Assembly: GCA_002269645.1 (NCBI GenBank)
Contig: NIVC01001896.1
Location: 14,487-78,486 of the forward strand
Source of the DNA: Macrostomum lignano
Taxonomy: Eukaryota
DNA: 64,000 bases
Reading direction: 5' to 3'
The notes under the pieces are model-generated. The model was given only the letters and a program-made list of their open reading frames with translations. It made no database searches and was not told the DNA's origin. Numbering within the stretch: position 1 is the stretch's first letter; every line of letters starts with the position of its first letter. Made by a program: the position numbers and the translations under genes. Below are positions 24,916-38,179 of the stretch, in pieces.

Positions 24916-25600
24916 CACCGGTAACCACCCAAGCAGCCGAAGTTTGCCAGATTACACAGATCACAGATCACAAATCAGTAAACAGCTTACCAAAGATTTT
25001 CTGACAAAAAACAAAAACTACGTTAGGAACTTCTCCGCCCCGAAGACGATGTCACAGGTGACGAGAGTGTAAAAAATACTAGAACTGTAGCAAATTTTAG
25101 CCAGGTAAAACCTACTAAACAAAACGCTCACAGGAAAATGCACTGCACGCAAACTTACAGTATAAATTCAAGCGTACACACGCGTGTAGATATAAGTCAA
25201 TTCTATACCTCTATAAACACCCAAGCGAAGGCCTATACAATCGGATACAGCCTGAAGCAACAATAGACAACAATTTTTTCGACTTTGTGCCTCCGCGGCT
25301 GCTACAGCCTGTGCGTGTGTACGTACTGTACATTGCACAGGCCCAGCCATGACTGCGTAGCGTCTCTGCATGTGGTGGAACTTTCTTATCTGCGCGCGCT
25401 GCTTTGAACGAAGCTCAGCAGGCTACTAAGCTGCACGTGGTGCGTTCGGTGGGGGACGGGGCGAAATTAAGAGTTTCAATTTCGAACAACAATGCTTGAA
25501 ATTGGTAGATAATTTAGCGTCTTACTTTGGTTTATAAAGGTATCAAGAGTTGTGTCAGGTGACAGGAGTTGTGCGATGTGTCAGGAGTTGTGCCATGTGT

Positions 25601-28261
25601 CAGGGATCGGGATCAGGGATCGGGATCAGGGATCGGGATCAGGGATCGGGATCAGGGATCGGGATCAGGGATCGGGATCAGGGATCGGGATCAGGGATCG
25701 GGATCAGGGATCGGGATCAGGGATCGGGATCAGGGATCGGGATCAGGGATCGGGATCAGGGATCGGGATCGGGATCAGGGATCGGGATCAGGGATCGGGA
25801 TCAGGGATCGGGATCAGGGATCGGGATCAGGGATCGGGATCAGGGATCGGGATCAGGGATCGGGATCAGGGATCGGGATCAGGGATCGGGATCAGGGATC
25901 GGGATCAGGGATCGGGATCAGGGATCGGGATCAGGGATCGGGATCAGGGATCGGGATCAGGGATCGGGATCAGGGATCGGGATCAGGGATCGGGATCAGG
26001 GATCGGGATCAGGGATCGGGATCAGGGATCGGGATCAGGGATCGGGATCAGGGATCGGGATCAGGGATCGGGATCAGGGATCGGGATCGGGATCAGGGAT
26101 CGGGATCAGGGATCGGGATCAGGGATCGGGATCAGGGATCGGGATCAGGGATCGGGATCAGGGATCGGGATCAGGGATCGGGATCAGGGATCGGGATCAG
26201 GGATCGGGATCAGGGATCGGGATCAGGGATCGGGATCAGGGATCGGGATCAGGGATCGGGATCAGGGATCGGGATCAGGGATCGGGATCAGGGATCGGGA
26301 TCAGGGATCGGGATCAGGGATCGGGATCAGGGATCGGGATCAGGGATCGGGATCAGGGATCGGGATCAGGGATCGGGATCAGGGATCGGGATCGGGATCA
26401 GGGATCGGGATCAGGGATCGGGATCAGGGATCGGGATCAGGGATCGGGATCAGGGATCGGGATCAGGGATCGGGATCAGGGATCGGGATCAGGGATCGGG
26501 ATCAGGGATCGGGATCAGGGATCGGGATCAGGGATCGGGATCAGGGATCGGGATCAGGGATCGGGATCAGGGATCGGGATCAGGGATCGGGATCGGGATC
26601 GGGATCAGGGATCGGGATCAGGGATCGGGATCAGGGATCGGGATCAGGGATCGGGATCAGGGATCGGGATCAGGGATCGGGATCAGGGATCGGGATCAGG
26701 GATCGGGATCAGGGATCGGGATCAGGGATCGGGATCAGGGATCGGGATCAGGGATCGGGATCAGGGATCGGGATCAGGGATCGGGATCAGGGATCGGGAT
26801 CAGGGATCGGGATCAGGGATCGGGATCAGGGATCGGGATCAGGGATCGGGATCAGGGATCGGGATCAGGGATCGGGATCAGGGATCGGGATCAGGGATCG
26901 GGATCAGGGATCGGGATCAGGGATCGGGATCAGGGATCGGGATCAGGGATCGGGATCAGGGATCGGGATCAGGGATCGGGATCAGGGATCGGGATCAGGG
27001 ATCGGGATCAGGGATCGGGATCAGGGATCGGGATCAGGGATCGGGATCAGGGATCGGGATCAGGGATCGGGATCAGGGATCGGGATCAGGGATCGGGATC
27101 AGGGATCGGGATCAGGGATCGGGATCAGGGATCGGGATCAGGGATCGGGATCAGGGATCGGGATCAGGGATCGGGATCAGGGATCGGGATCAGGGATCGG
27201 GATCAGGGATCGGGATCAGGGATCGGGATCAGGGATCGGGATCAGGGATCGGGATCAGGGATCGGGATCAGGGATCGGGATCAGGGATCGGGATCAGGGA
27301 TCGGGATCAGGGATCGGGATCAGGGATCGGGATCAGGGATCGGGATCAGGGATCGGGATCAGGGATCGGGATCAGGGATCGGGATCAGGGATCGGGATCA
27401 GGGATCGGGATCAGGGATCGGGATCAGGGATCGGGATCAGGGATCGGGATCAGGGATCGGGATCAGGGATCGGGATCAGGGATCGGGATCAGGGATCGGG
27501 ATCAGGGATCGGGATCAGGGATCGGGATCAGGGATCGGGATCAGGGATCGGGATCAGGGATCGGGATCAGGGATCGGGATCAGGGATCGGGATCAGGGAT
27601 CGGGATCAGGGATCGGGATCAGGGATCGGGATCAGGGATCGGGATCAGGGATCGGGATCAGGGATCGGGATCAGGGATCGGGATCAGGGATCGGGATCAG
27701 GGATCGGGATCAGGGATCGGGATCAGGGATCGGGATCAGGGATCGGGATCAGGGATCGGGATCAGGGATCGGGATCAGGGATCGGGATCAGGGATCGGGA
27801 TCAGGGATCGGGATCAGGGATCGGGATCAGGGATCGGGATCAGGGATCGGGATCAGGGATCGGGATCAGGGATCGGGATCAGGGATCGGGATCAGGGATC
27901 GGGATCAGGGATCGGGATCAGGGATCGGGATCAGGGATCGGGATCAGGGATCGGGATCAGGGATCGGGATCAGGGATCGGGATCAGGGATCGGGATCAGG
28001 GATCGGGATCAGGGATCGGGATCAGGGATCGGGATCAGGGATCGGGATCAGGGATCGGGATCAGGGATCGGGATCAGGGATCGGGATCAGGGATCGGGAT
28101 CAGGGATCGGGATCAGGGATCGGGATCAGGGATCGGGATCAGGGATCGGGATCAGGGATCGGGATCAGGGATCGGGATCAGGGATCGGGATCAGGGATCG
28201 GGATCAGGGATCGGGATCAGGGATCGGGATCAGGGATCGGGATCAGGGATCGGGATCAGGG
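25601..28261. repeat. 2.66-kb near-perfect 13-bp satellite (CAGGGATCGGGAT)n
   Basis: About 200 units; a few extra GGGATC hexamers only in the first kilobase. Confidence 0.98.
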
Positions 28262-28769
28262 GAAATCTGTGCCCCAGTTCAGGCCTGGGAACCCAGAAAA
28301 GAGCCAAGCAACAAAACATTCTATCGCCAGATGGCGGTAAGGAAGTGGCGCTCAAAGTCAGTAACAATATCGACTCAGAGAAGCAGGCTGCAGGATGGGG
28401 AGACGTGAGCTGGCTTAGGATTTCGGGGGGAGGGGGCAGAACGTGCTGAGGTGCCATTTTCCCCAACTGTGCGTACAGAAGTGAGAAAGGAAAGAGGGGA
28501 GATGAAACTGGCTTGGGATAAAATCGGGTCTTCTGTGCCCCGCCAAATTTTGATGAGGCTCCCGATAAATAAAAAGGCGGTAGTTTTAGTGGCCGCAGTC
28601 AGGAGATCCGGGGACATTGCTGTGCGAGATTTCACTCAGCTGATCTTTCTCTTGATAATTTTCAAAGCAGAAGATTTTTCAACAAAAAATGAAAACATTT
28701 CAAAATGCTAAAGAAAAAATTATTTTGTGATGGATGGATGAAATCACAGAAGGGATTTTATAAAGGATC

Positions 28770-29050
28770 ATTTTTGGGTCGTTTTGGGGATCATATTGGG
28801 GATTATTGGGACAATAGCAAGTATCATTTCAAGGATTTTGGGGATCATTTTGGGGATCACTTTGGGGGTCATTTTGGGGTCATTTGGGGGATCATTTTGA
28901 GAATCATTTTGAGAATCATTTTGGGGATCGTTTTGGGATCATTTTGGGATCATTTTGGAACAATATCAGGGATCGTTTTATAGATCGTTTCGTGCATCAT
29001 TCTGGAGGATCATTTTGGGGATCTTTTGGGGATCATATTTGAGATCAGAA
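28770..29050. repeat. Degenerate 12-bp (TTTTGGGGATCA)n repeat
   Basis: Recurring ttttgg(g)gatc(a/g) units. Confidence 0.8.
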
Positions 29051-29922
29051 ATGATCCAGTTCAGTTTTTAACCACGCAAAAAGACACAAGAAGCTGCAGC
29101 TGACCAACAGTCGATCTCAACTTCGAATTTGTTCAGAGAGCGGCACAAAAATCGGGGACTTTGAGGAGAGGGAGGGACGGAGAACAAATTGTCTTCTGCC
29201 AAAAGTCTTCCTTTTTGTACCGCTAATTTTCTCCGAATCAAGGCATTGCGCTTGATGAAGGAGCAACTCGCAATGAAAGGAAGGAAGCTGGGCCACTGAT
29301 GACGCGGCGGTTTGCCGCAGCCAAAAGACGCGCCCGGCCTAAGGAGAACTCGAACAAGAATACGGACTGAGCACCTCTTCCCAGATAAATCCCAGTTTTA
29401 AATACGATGATTAGGCCGGCGATTCAGAAAGTTTTCATCTTGTAACCAACAACAATGCCAAAGCAAATATTTATGAATCGTTTTGAAAAGAAACGGACTG
29501 TCAAATCGTTCAGAAAAACTTGGCCAAAGCGAAATTAGGACGATTCTAGAAAAATGCTTTTAGGCAGCAAAGTCGTCCAGTATGTAATCAGTCAGCCTCA
29601 TCATGTATGAAGCTGAGGGTTTGAGAGATCTCCTTGGCTTTCGGCCATCCCCCATCCCCTCTGCGGAACCACTGATTGACTGCGACCCTTTCATCTAAGA
29701 TTTCTTTTGTTGTTTTTCGGGACAAGACAAACCTTACCATTTCGCTACAGCCGATCATGCTGTAGGGCGAGACTGCACCTACTGCACGCTGCCCAAGCCA
29801 AAAATAGCTACTTGTAAGCATAATTAATATTCACTCCGTGCTAGAATAAGCGAACACAAAAACAGTTTATTCAAAGCGACGGTTTAGTTTGCAGGTACAC
29901 TGGTACATGAGCGCTAAGGTGA

Positions 29923-30258
29923 ACAAACAGTCACTGAAACTGTACCAAACAGTCACTGAAACTTTACCAAACAGTCACTGAAACTGTACCAAACAGTCAC
30001 TGAAACTGTACCAAACAGTCACTGAAACTGTACCAAACAGTCACTGAAACTGTACCAAACAGTCACTGAAACTGTACCAAACAGTCACTGAAACTGTACC
30101 AAACAGTCACTGAAACTTTACCAAACAGTCACTGAAACTGTACCAAACAGTCACTGAAACTGTACCAAACAGTCACTGAAACTTTACCAAACAGTCACTG
30201 AAACTGTACCAAACAGTCACTGAAACTGTACCAAACAGTCACTGAAACTTTACTGAAA
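29923..30258. repeat. 22-bp minisatellite (CAAACAGTCACTGAAACTGTAC)n
   Basis: About 15 tandem units. Confidence 0.95.
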
Positions 30259-30949
30259 CACGAAATCCTGATGCATGGATTTTTAAGTTTAAATCAACGT
30301 ACATGTATTGGACAAATGACGATGAAATATTTCACTCAGGAACACTTCAAAGCAAATATTTTCATTGAAATAAAGGAGCTTAGTGGAACTTGACGCTGAG
30401 AGAGGTGGTGATGCAGCGAGTTCAAGTGGCTCATGGTGATAAAGATAAAGAAGCGGCTAATGCCAACCACAAGAAAAGCTTTCAAAGTGGAATTTTTGCC
30501 AACTCTCAAAAATCTGTCACCTCTCGCCTACATGTATATCGCACCTCGGCACTGCAGAGATTTTCGCCGAACTATCTTAAGAAAATAAACTCTGCGCAAA
30601 AGACTGCGCACTTACGGAATTCCTGTCGAAAATTCCACTCGATCATTTAAAACGACATGGGCCGAGCCCACAGAAAGTCTTCACTCGTTTAAACAAATTT
30701 GGTTGCTCCTGGCAAGATTGAGAGCTTTTTAACTGTTTTTTTTGTCATCGCCCAATTCACTTAACCCTGAATACGAGTAGTCGACGACAAGATGTTCCGA
30801 AAAAATGTTTTTGACATTTCCGGAATAAAATTTACTATACCGACGCAAACTGGCTTGACTCTAGGTTGTTTATTTTACCTAAAACCAATCATCAGAATAG
30901 GCCACTATAACCGTGTGAGATGATCGACCCGAGGCTGAGGATTTGGCAT

Positions 30950-31185
30950 GGTGGTGGCCTAGCAACTGAGGATCTGGGAGGCTGGCCTAGCAACTGAGGA
31001 TCTGGGAGGCTGGCCCAGCAACTGAGGATCTGGGAGGCTGGTCCAGCAACTGAGCATCTGGGAGGCTGGCCAAGCAACTGAGGATCTGGGAGGCTGGCCC
31101 AGCAACTGAGGATCTGGGAGGCTGGCCCAGCAACTGAGGATCTGGGAGGCTGGTCCAGCAACTGAGGATCTGGGAGACTGGCTGC
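30950..31185 (-). repeat. 28-bp minisatellite family, copy 2 (inverted relative to copy 1)
   Basis: (AGGCTGGCCCAGCAACTGAGGATCTGGG)n is the reverse complement of the 1670-1980 unit. Confidence 0.95.
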
Positions 31186-32869
31186 ACAGTCTTGATTTTA
31201 ATCTATTAACCATACAATCATTGAGCTGATCGGGTCATGTTCGTTAAGTGGGAAACTAGACAAGCTTCTCAAAAACAAAAACTAGGAGTAAAATACCTTG
31301 AAATAAAAATTGTAAATCTAAAGCAAGCGATGGTAGCACATGCAGATATACACGCAATTACCCATGATTGTAGCTGATGTAGGCGCACCACTGCCGTGAG
31401 ATGATGGATGTAAAAGAATTGCTGTTTTGAAGCTGGGGCAGAGACACCGCGAAGACGAAGCCGGGCAAAGAGAATGGTTTAAGGGGTTTATTGTTTGAGA
31501 AGAGCTGGAAAATACAGCCTTTATTATACGGTAAGTTCAGGTTTTGAATTCAGCTCCACGGGCAGACCCCAACCCCGCAGAGAAGGGCTCGGAAGGAATG
31601 CTGAGTAACCAAACTGCGCACTGCATGGGCGCGCGCTTGCGGCAAACCCCAGTTCAAATATCAACAATGCTTAGCAGTCCAACAATGCCCCATTGTTGCT
31701 GGCTATTCCCATTGTCTCTCTATAGCTCCACCCCACTCACTCTCCGCTGTACCATTGAGCTGTCTTAATATTCTCCTCCCCTGGCTCACTGCGCGCCCAG
31801 AACTGAGTATGCAGCATTGCTGAGGTACCTATAAGACAAGTCTACAACGCCCCCTCCCACTCCAGCTCTATTTCTTCTCTCACCTCTTTACAGCTCAATT
31901 CATTTCTCCTCATGCATTGTAATAAGTTCGATTGAAGACAATTAAAAAAAGAAGTAATTTCCAGTGCTACTGAGAGTTATAGGCTGAGTGTGAGCGATCC
32001 TACTCTCTCAGACTGTCTTGCTAAAAATTGCCCGGGCACAATAGGCAGTCTCTACAGTAGGAAACTTCTATTTTTGAAATGGACAAAAACATTTCACGCT
32101 TACTTTGAAGGCCGAGGACAGGGAGTCCGAGCGCGAGGCAGAGAATTCTGTGTGGTGCACAGTTGCGCTTGAGATTGCGAGTGAGAAAGATTGAGAGCCT
32201 GACAATAGAGCTCTCAAATGTAAGGTCTGAATATAAGGCGACCCGATTAAAATGAGATTAACCTATTAACAATGTGCAAATAAGTATTCAATGAATTGGG
32301 GAAATGTCACCACTTGCTATTCAATTCCGACCTAATAAAGTCTTCAACAACAAAGTCAAAGGTTGTGTAAATTTCTGTAAACCAACTTAAAGTTCGGCTT
32401 TCCCCAACTCAAAATTTAAAATTGGCTATAATTAGTGACTAGTAGGAGCGCATGATCTTTCGACAGCGTGACATTTCGAACTTAAGAAACTCCCGTCCCA
32501 AATCCAACCCAGATATCTAGGGCCATGAAGTGCAGGGCACAGTGAAGATGAATCAAGGGGGGGGGGTCAGAGAGAGCCCCCAAGACGGGGGACACGAAAG
32601 ACAATGAATGAGCATTCACAACTCAAATCTCTAGAGCTGTGCTCACACATAATAGTGGACACTGCGAGTCCAAGTAGCCGAACACAATGCCGCTGCAATC
32701 AAAAGCAGGTAGCTCGAATAATCCATTTTCAAACTTCCAAAGAAAATAAAATTACTGCAGCAAAGTTGAAAGAATGGGGTGAGGAAAGCACAGGCCACAG
32801 CAGCAGCCGCAATTCTCAGGTTAAAATATAATAATGGCCTGGAATTATGAGAAATGGCAGTATATTTTA

Positions 32870-33535
32870 ACTCTCTGGGAGGCTGGCCCAGAAACTGAGG
32901 ATCTGGGAGGCTTGCCCAGCAACTGAGGATCTGGGAGGCTGGCCCAGCAACTGACACTCTGGGAGGCTGGTGGCCCAGAAAATGAGGATTTAGGGGGCTG
33001 GCCCAGCAACTGACACTCTGGGAGGCTGGTGGCCCAGAAAATGAGGATTTAGGGGGCTGGCCCAGCAACTGACACTCTGGGAGGCTGGTGGCCAAGAAAA
33101 TGAGGATCTAGGGGGCTGGCCCAGCAACTGACACTCTGGGAGGCTGGCCAACCCACTGAAGATCTGGGAAGCTGGCCCAGCAACTGAGGATCTGGGAGGC
33201 TGGCAGCCCAGCAACTGAGGATCTGGGAGGCTGGCAGCCCAGCAACTGAGGATCTGGGAGGCTGGCAGCCCAGCAACTGAGGATCTGGGAGGCTGGCAGC
33301 CCAGCAACTGACGATCTGGGAGGCTGGCAGCCCAGCAACTGAGGATCTGGGAGGCTGGCAGCCCAGCAACTGAGGATCTGGGAGGCTGGCAGCCCAGCAA
33401 CTGAGGATCTGGGAGGCTGGCAGCCCAGCAACTGAGGATCTGGGAGGCTGGCAGCCCAGCAACTGAGGATCTGGGAGGCTGGCAGCCCAGCAACTGAGGA
33501 TCTGGGAGGCTGGCAGCCTAGCAACTGAGGATCTG
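32870..33535 (-). repeat. 28-bp minisatellite family, copy 3, with 31-bp and ~59-bp higher-order variants
   Basis: Same core; an added CAG gives 31-bp units on the right and dimeric variants occur on the left. Confidence 0.93.
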
Positions 33536-34124
33536 AAAAAGTCACCCATCTAACGCATGGCATGACATGGCATGTGCAAAGCTCTCGGTATTTTGACATG
33601 CCAGATTTATGTAATAATCCGAGGTAAAATTAAGAAAAAATAATAATAAACACAGGAATAATCACATCAAAAGATGCAAAGGGTTCCAAAGAATCTTTTG
33701 TCCATATTAAACCAAAGAAAGACGGCAATTTTGAGGGCGTATAAAAAAACGCAGCAGAATGAAGCAAGAAAAAGCATCAGAGGCTTGGGAGCAGTTTTGC
33801 AAAGCAAGCCGATGTATTGAATATTCTACTTGCGCAGGTGGTCGAGATGCATCAAGCATTCGAGGGTGCCAGATTTCAGCAGCAACAATATTCTATGGCT
33901 ATTGAATATGAAAATTAACTACATGTACCTCAACACATTTCAACGCCTTCGAGCCAGAAAGTCAGGCCATCTGAGGTCTTGGAAGCATCAATCTTCGTTT
34001 CTTGTGCAACAAAATTCTGCCAAATTTAGAAACAAGATAAATATCCACATATCTATAATAGGCTAGTGGCCGCAAAGGGTAAAGCATACCTAAAGACAGG
34101 AATGGTATACCCAATCCAATACAC

Positions 34125-34735
34125 AAAGACAGGAGGTATACCCAGAGACAGCAGGGTATACCTAGAGACAGGAGGGTATACCCAGAGACAGGAGGGTACA
34201 CCCAGAGACAGCAGGGTATACCTAGAGACAGGAGGGTATACCCAGAGACAGGAGGGTATACCCAGAGACAGCAGGGTATACCCAGAGACACGAGAGTATA
34301 CCCAGAGACAGGAGGGTATACCCAGAGACACGAGAGTATACCCAGAGACAGGAGGGTATACCCAGAGACATCAGGGTATACCTAGAGACAGGAGGGTATA
34401 CCCAGAGACAGGAGGGTATACCCAAAGACAGGAGGGTATACCCAGAGACAAGAGAGTATACCAAGAGACAGGAGGGTATACCCAGAGACATCAGGGTATA
34501 CCTAGAGACAGGAGGGTATACCCAGAGACAGGAGGGTATACCCAAAGACAGGAGGGTATACCCAGAGACAGGAGGGTATACCCAGAGACAGGAGGGTATA
34601 CCCAGAGACAGCAGGGTATACCCAGAGACAGCAGGGTATACCCAAAGACAGGAGGGTATACCCAGAGACAGCAGGGTATACCCAGAGACAGCAGGGTATA
34701 CCCAGAGACAGGAGGGTATATCTAGAGACGGAATG
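34125..34735. repeat. 20-bp minisatellite (CCCAGAGACAGGAGGGTATA)n
   Basis: About 30 tandem units. Confidence 0.96.
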
Positions 34736-35120
34736 GTATACCCAATACTTAAAGACAAACAATAAGCACATTCAAATGTATCCCAGCCAGTTCTGATCAG
34801 AAAAAATTGGAGGTCAAAAAAAAGAATTGTCAACAAAAACATTTTGGAAATTTGGAATCGCTGAAATAACTTTTGCAACTTTGTTTAAAGCAATATTGCA
34901 ACAATGAAATATTAAGATTTATATTTAGATAAATATGCACTCATAAATGTGCAAATTTTATTGCAGAACACCAATCTGTATGTCTAGTCAGTTGTTGTTG
35001 CTGTCCATAAGATACTACTGAATAGCAATTGCCACGAAAATCTGTCTTTCTCAAAAATTACGGAAGGAAGACAGACAGAAACAAACTAACTATTAGGGTC
35101 ACTTCAATGCAGTTTTCCGC

Positions 35121-36417
35121 TCATTTAAGCAGGGCCCACTTGAATTGCTGAGTGGCCTGTTGCAGTACCTGAAAATAAATTTGTTGTCAATAAAAAGTTT
35201 TTTAAATGACAGCTTTTTTGCTATACTGTCTATAGCATAGCTTTTTGAATATTTTTTGCACAAGGTTTTAATTCATTGTTGAGAGGAGTCAAGAGAGGTC
35301 ACGTGAGGGCTGTAAGGGAGAGAGAGGGGTCACGTGAGTGCAAAGAGGGGTCCCGTGAGCACATAGAGTCAAGTGAGTGCAGAGAGGGTCCCGTGGGCAC
35401 ATAGGGTCAAGTGAGTGCAGAGAGGGTCCCGTGAGCACATAGGGTCAAGTGAGTGCAGAGAGGGGTCACGTCAGTGCAGAGAGGGGTCAAGTGAGTGCAG
35501 AGAGGGGTCACGTCAGTGCAGAGAGGGGTCAAGTGATTGCAGACAGAGAGGATCCCGTGAGCACATAGGGGTCAAGTGAGTGCAGAGAAGGTCATGTGAG
35601 TGCAGAGAGAGGTCACATGAGTGCAGAGAGGGTCCCGAGAGCACATAGGGTCAAGTGAGTGCTGAGTGCAGAGAGAGGTCACAGTCACATGAGTCCAGAT
35701 GTGTCACGTGAGTGCAGAGAGGGTCACGTGAGTGCAGAGAGGGTCACGTGAGTACACACGGGTCATTTGAGTGCAGGAGTTACGTGAGTGCAGGGAGGGT
35801 CACGTGAGTCCAGAGAGGATTTAGTAGCATAAAGAGTTTAATAAGCTATAAAGACAAAATAAATCATAAGTAAAGTTCTGCAATATAAATAATTATAACA
35901 AATCGCTAAGACCTACCTGAGTAACGGAGCCCTCCATCGGAGATGACTCATCAATAACCCTAGTGCCAACCCTGGCAACAAGGTGGTGAGCGTCAGTCTC
36001 CAAGACAATGCCATTGTCGCACAATTCGTCAACAACAAGAAACATCACATCCAAGTAGTCCAACAGGGCCCGTTTTTCAACGTTCTTTCTTAGAATAATC
36101 GACACAGCGTCAAACAGAGTGCAGAGAACGGTATTAAGAATCAGCTCGTTTTCGTTCGAATCTCCAAGAACGCAAAACAGCAAATCAACATTGGATCGAA
36201 ATAGGCAGGTTAAGCCTTCAAACATGAGCACATCGGTTGATGGGTTCTTAGCAGTCTTGGCTAATAATCGGCGCTCGAAAAGCCGCTGGTCTTTGGCTGA
36301 AGCCAGGCCTACAGTGACAGTGCTTGAGCCGGCACCTGTGTAGTACTTAGCCACAATACGACGGCCATCATTGTCAAGAATGAGGATTGCCCTCACTGTG
36401 TGCAATGAGATATCCAT
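35121..36417 (-). CDS. COPZ1: Coatomer subunit zeta (182 aa). Exons 36417-35917 and 35168-35121
   Basis: SLHTVRAILILDNDGRRIVAKYY...NENELIL...LRKNVEKRALLDYLD...VDELCDNGIVLETD. Phase-0 intron (CAG|gtaggt ... ttttcag|) joins VLQQATQQFKWALLK*, matching the known zeta-COP C-terminus. Confidence 0.93.
35285..35815. repeat. ~19-20 bp degenerate minisatellite (GAGAGGGTCACGTGAGTGCA)n in the COP-zeta intron
   Basis: Direct tandem copies with variants. Confidence 0.88.
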
Positions 36418-38179
36418 GCATTTCAGTTATTTGTTACATTTTTAGAGTTAAACGTTTTTCTCAAATCAAAACATTTTTAGTATATAGGACTAGCTGTCTG
36501 CGCCCCCCATCGGGGAAGCAACAAAGCAATAAAGCATTGAAGCTTTGAAAGTCAGTAATCTAGCCTCTAGCCTAAGATATAAGCATTCCCTTGTGAGCTT
36601 TGGCAATGGCATAACCCTAACTCTCTCTTTGATCTACCTGTGGCTTGGCAAATTTCCAACTGACCCTTGGCAACTCAGGGCTACATGAGCCACCGCATTT
36701 CAGCAATCCCCTCATGAGTCTTGACATCTTGGCTATTCCCTTATTAGCTTTAGCATCCCAGAAATTACCCTAAGAGCTGCAGCATTTTAACAACCCCCAT
36801 ATGCTTTAACATCTCAGCAATTCACCCTATAAAACTTAATATCTCAGCAATTCTCCTAAGAGTCATAGCATTATAGCAATAGGGGCAGATCAAGAAAGTT
36901 TTTTTAGGGGGGGGGGGAGGGGTGAGGGCTATACCAAGCAACTGTAACGGAACATTAGAAAATAGACTTTATAAAGTTACAGCCCAAAAAGTATGGCCAA
37001 TTTTTGGGCAATGGCTTCCTTGCCCTCTTGATCTACCACTATATAGCAATACCCCAAAGATTTGACTTATCAAAAATGGCTAAATAGAAAATATGGTAAA
37101 AATGATACTCAATTAAGCTACCAACAGTAGACTAATTATGTGCATAAGAAACAAATATTAAAATTTCTACTTTAAATGCTAAAATAACAGTTTGAAAATT
37201 GTTTTGAAACTTTGTACCTTGTCAAGTCTTTTCCTAAGTAACTTAGCATATCTAAGACAATTTAAGGCACTATTTTTTTCAAACTTTTTCTGTTTTTCCT
37301 ATATTCTCTGCATAGATTTAGCAAACCTAGTTATTAGTCTATTTAATATCTACTATCTAGAGCACTTAATTCCTTACTTGCTTTTATATTTACTCATTAT
37401 TTTTATCTTGGCATAACTAGGACATATTTGTAGCAATTTTTGCTTATGTTTTCCTGTGGTTAATAAAAATCAATAACATATAAAACAATTTCATAACTAT
37501 AATTATGTAATTCCTATTTGAACTTTGAGACCCTTAATATCAAAGAGCATAGTATCTCAATGTAGATAGATAATAAAATAGATATAAAAAAGTTTATAAT
37601 TAATCAAAATTCAAAAAGAGGTGATTAGCAAGGGTAACAACCACATTGAAATAGTAAAGTGCCTTATAGTCTTTCCATTATTATAATCTAAGATTTCTAG
37701 CTAGTCAGCCATGATTTTATTTTTTACTAGCTTATACATTTTTAAATATGATTCCCCTATATATAAATTGGTACCCTTGACTGCAATTTAGTTATCTATT
37801 ATTGCAATTTTTTTCACACTTTAGCTTAGTTTGTTTTCCTTATTTGCTTTTTCCTAGTCTCCCTTTTCTTTGCTTTCATTTTTTAATCTAATTATTTGTT
37901 AAACAGCTATTAATATTGTGACTTTGACTTACCTTGCTTAGCCTCTTATCTCCTAGCTTACTTAAATAGATTAGCTAGATATTTCCTAATTATGATCAAG
38001 AAATATTTCTAATAAACAAAATTATATTGATTATTTGGCAAGAATAGGTATCAAGCTAACTTATATAAGTATATATCATAAGATTTAATTGTGGTTTAAC
38101 CTTGTTACATTTTTAGTATATAATAACACTAGATATTACATGCATGATATAAAACAGGGTTTCCAGGGGGTGCTTCATA

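Noticed and set aside
25550-28449. Three 920-965 aa ORFs (GSGSGIGIRDRDQ repeats)
   Set aside because: Produced by the stop-free 13-bp satellite in all three frames; no unique coding sequence or gene context.
29588-30650. ORFs 29588-29821 (-) and 30390-30650 (+)
   Set aside because: Short, no recognisable domain or splice support.
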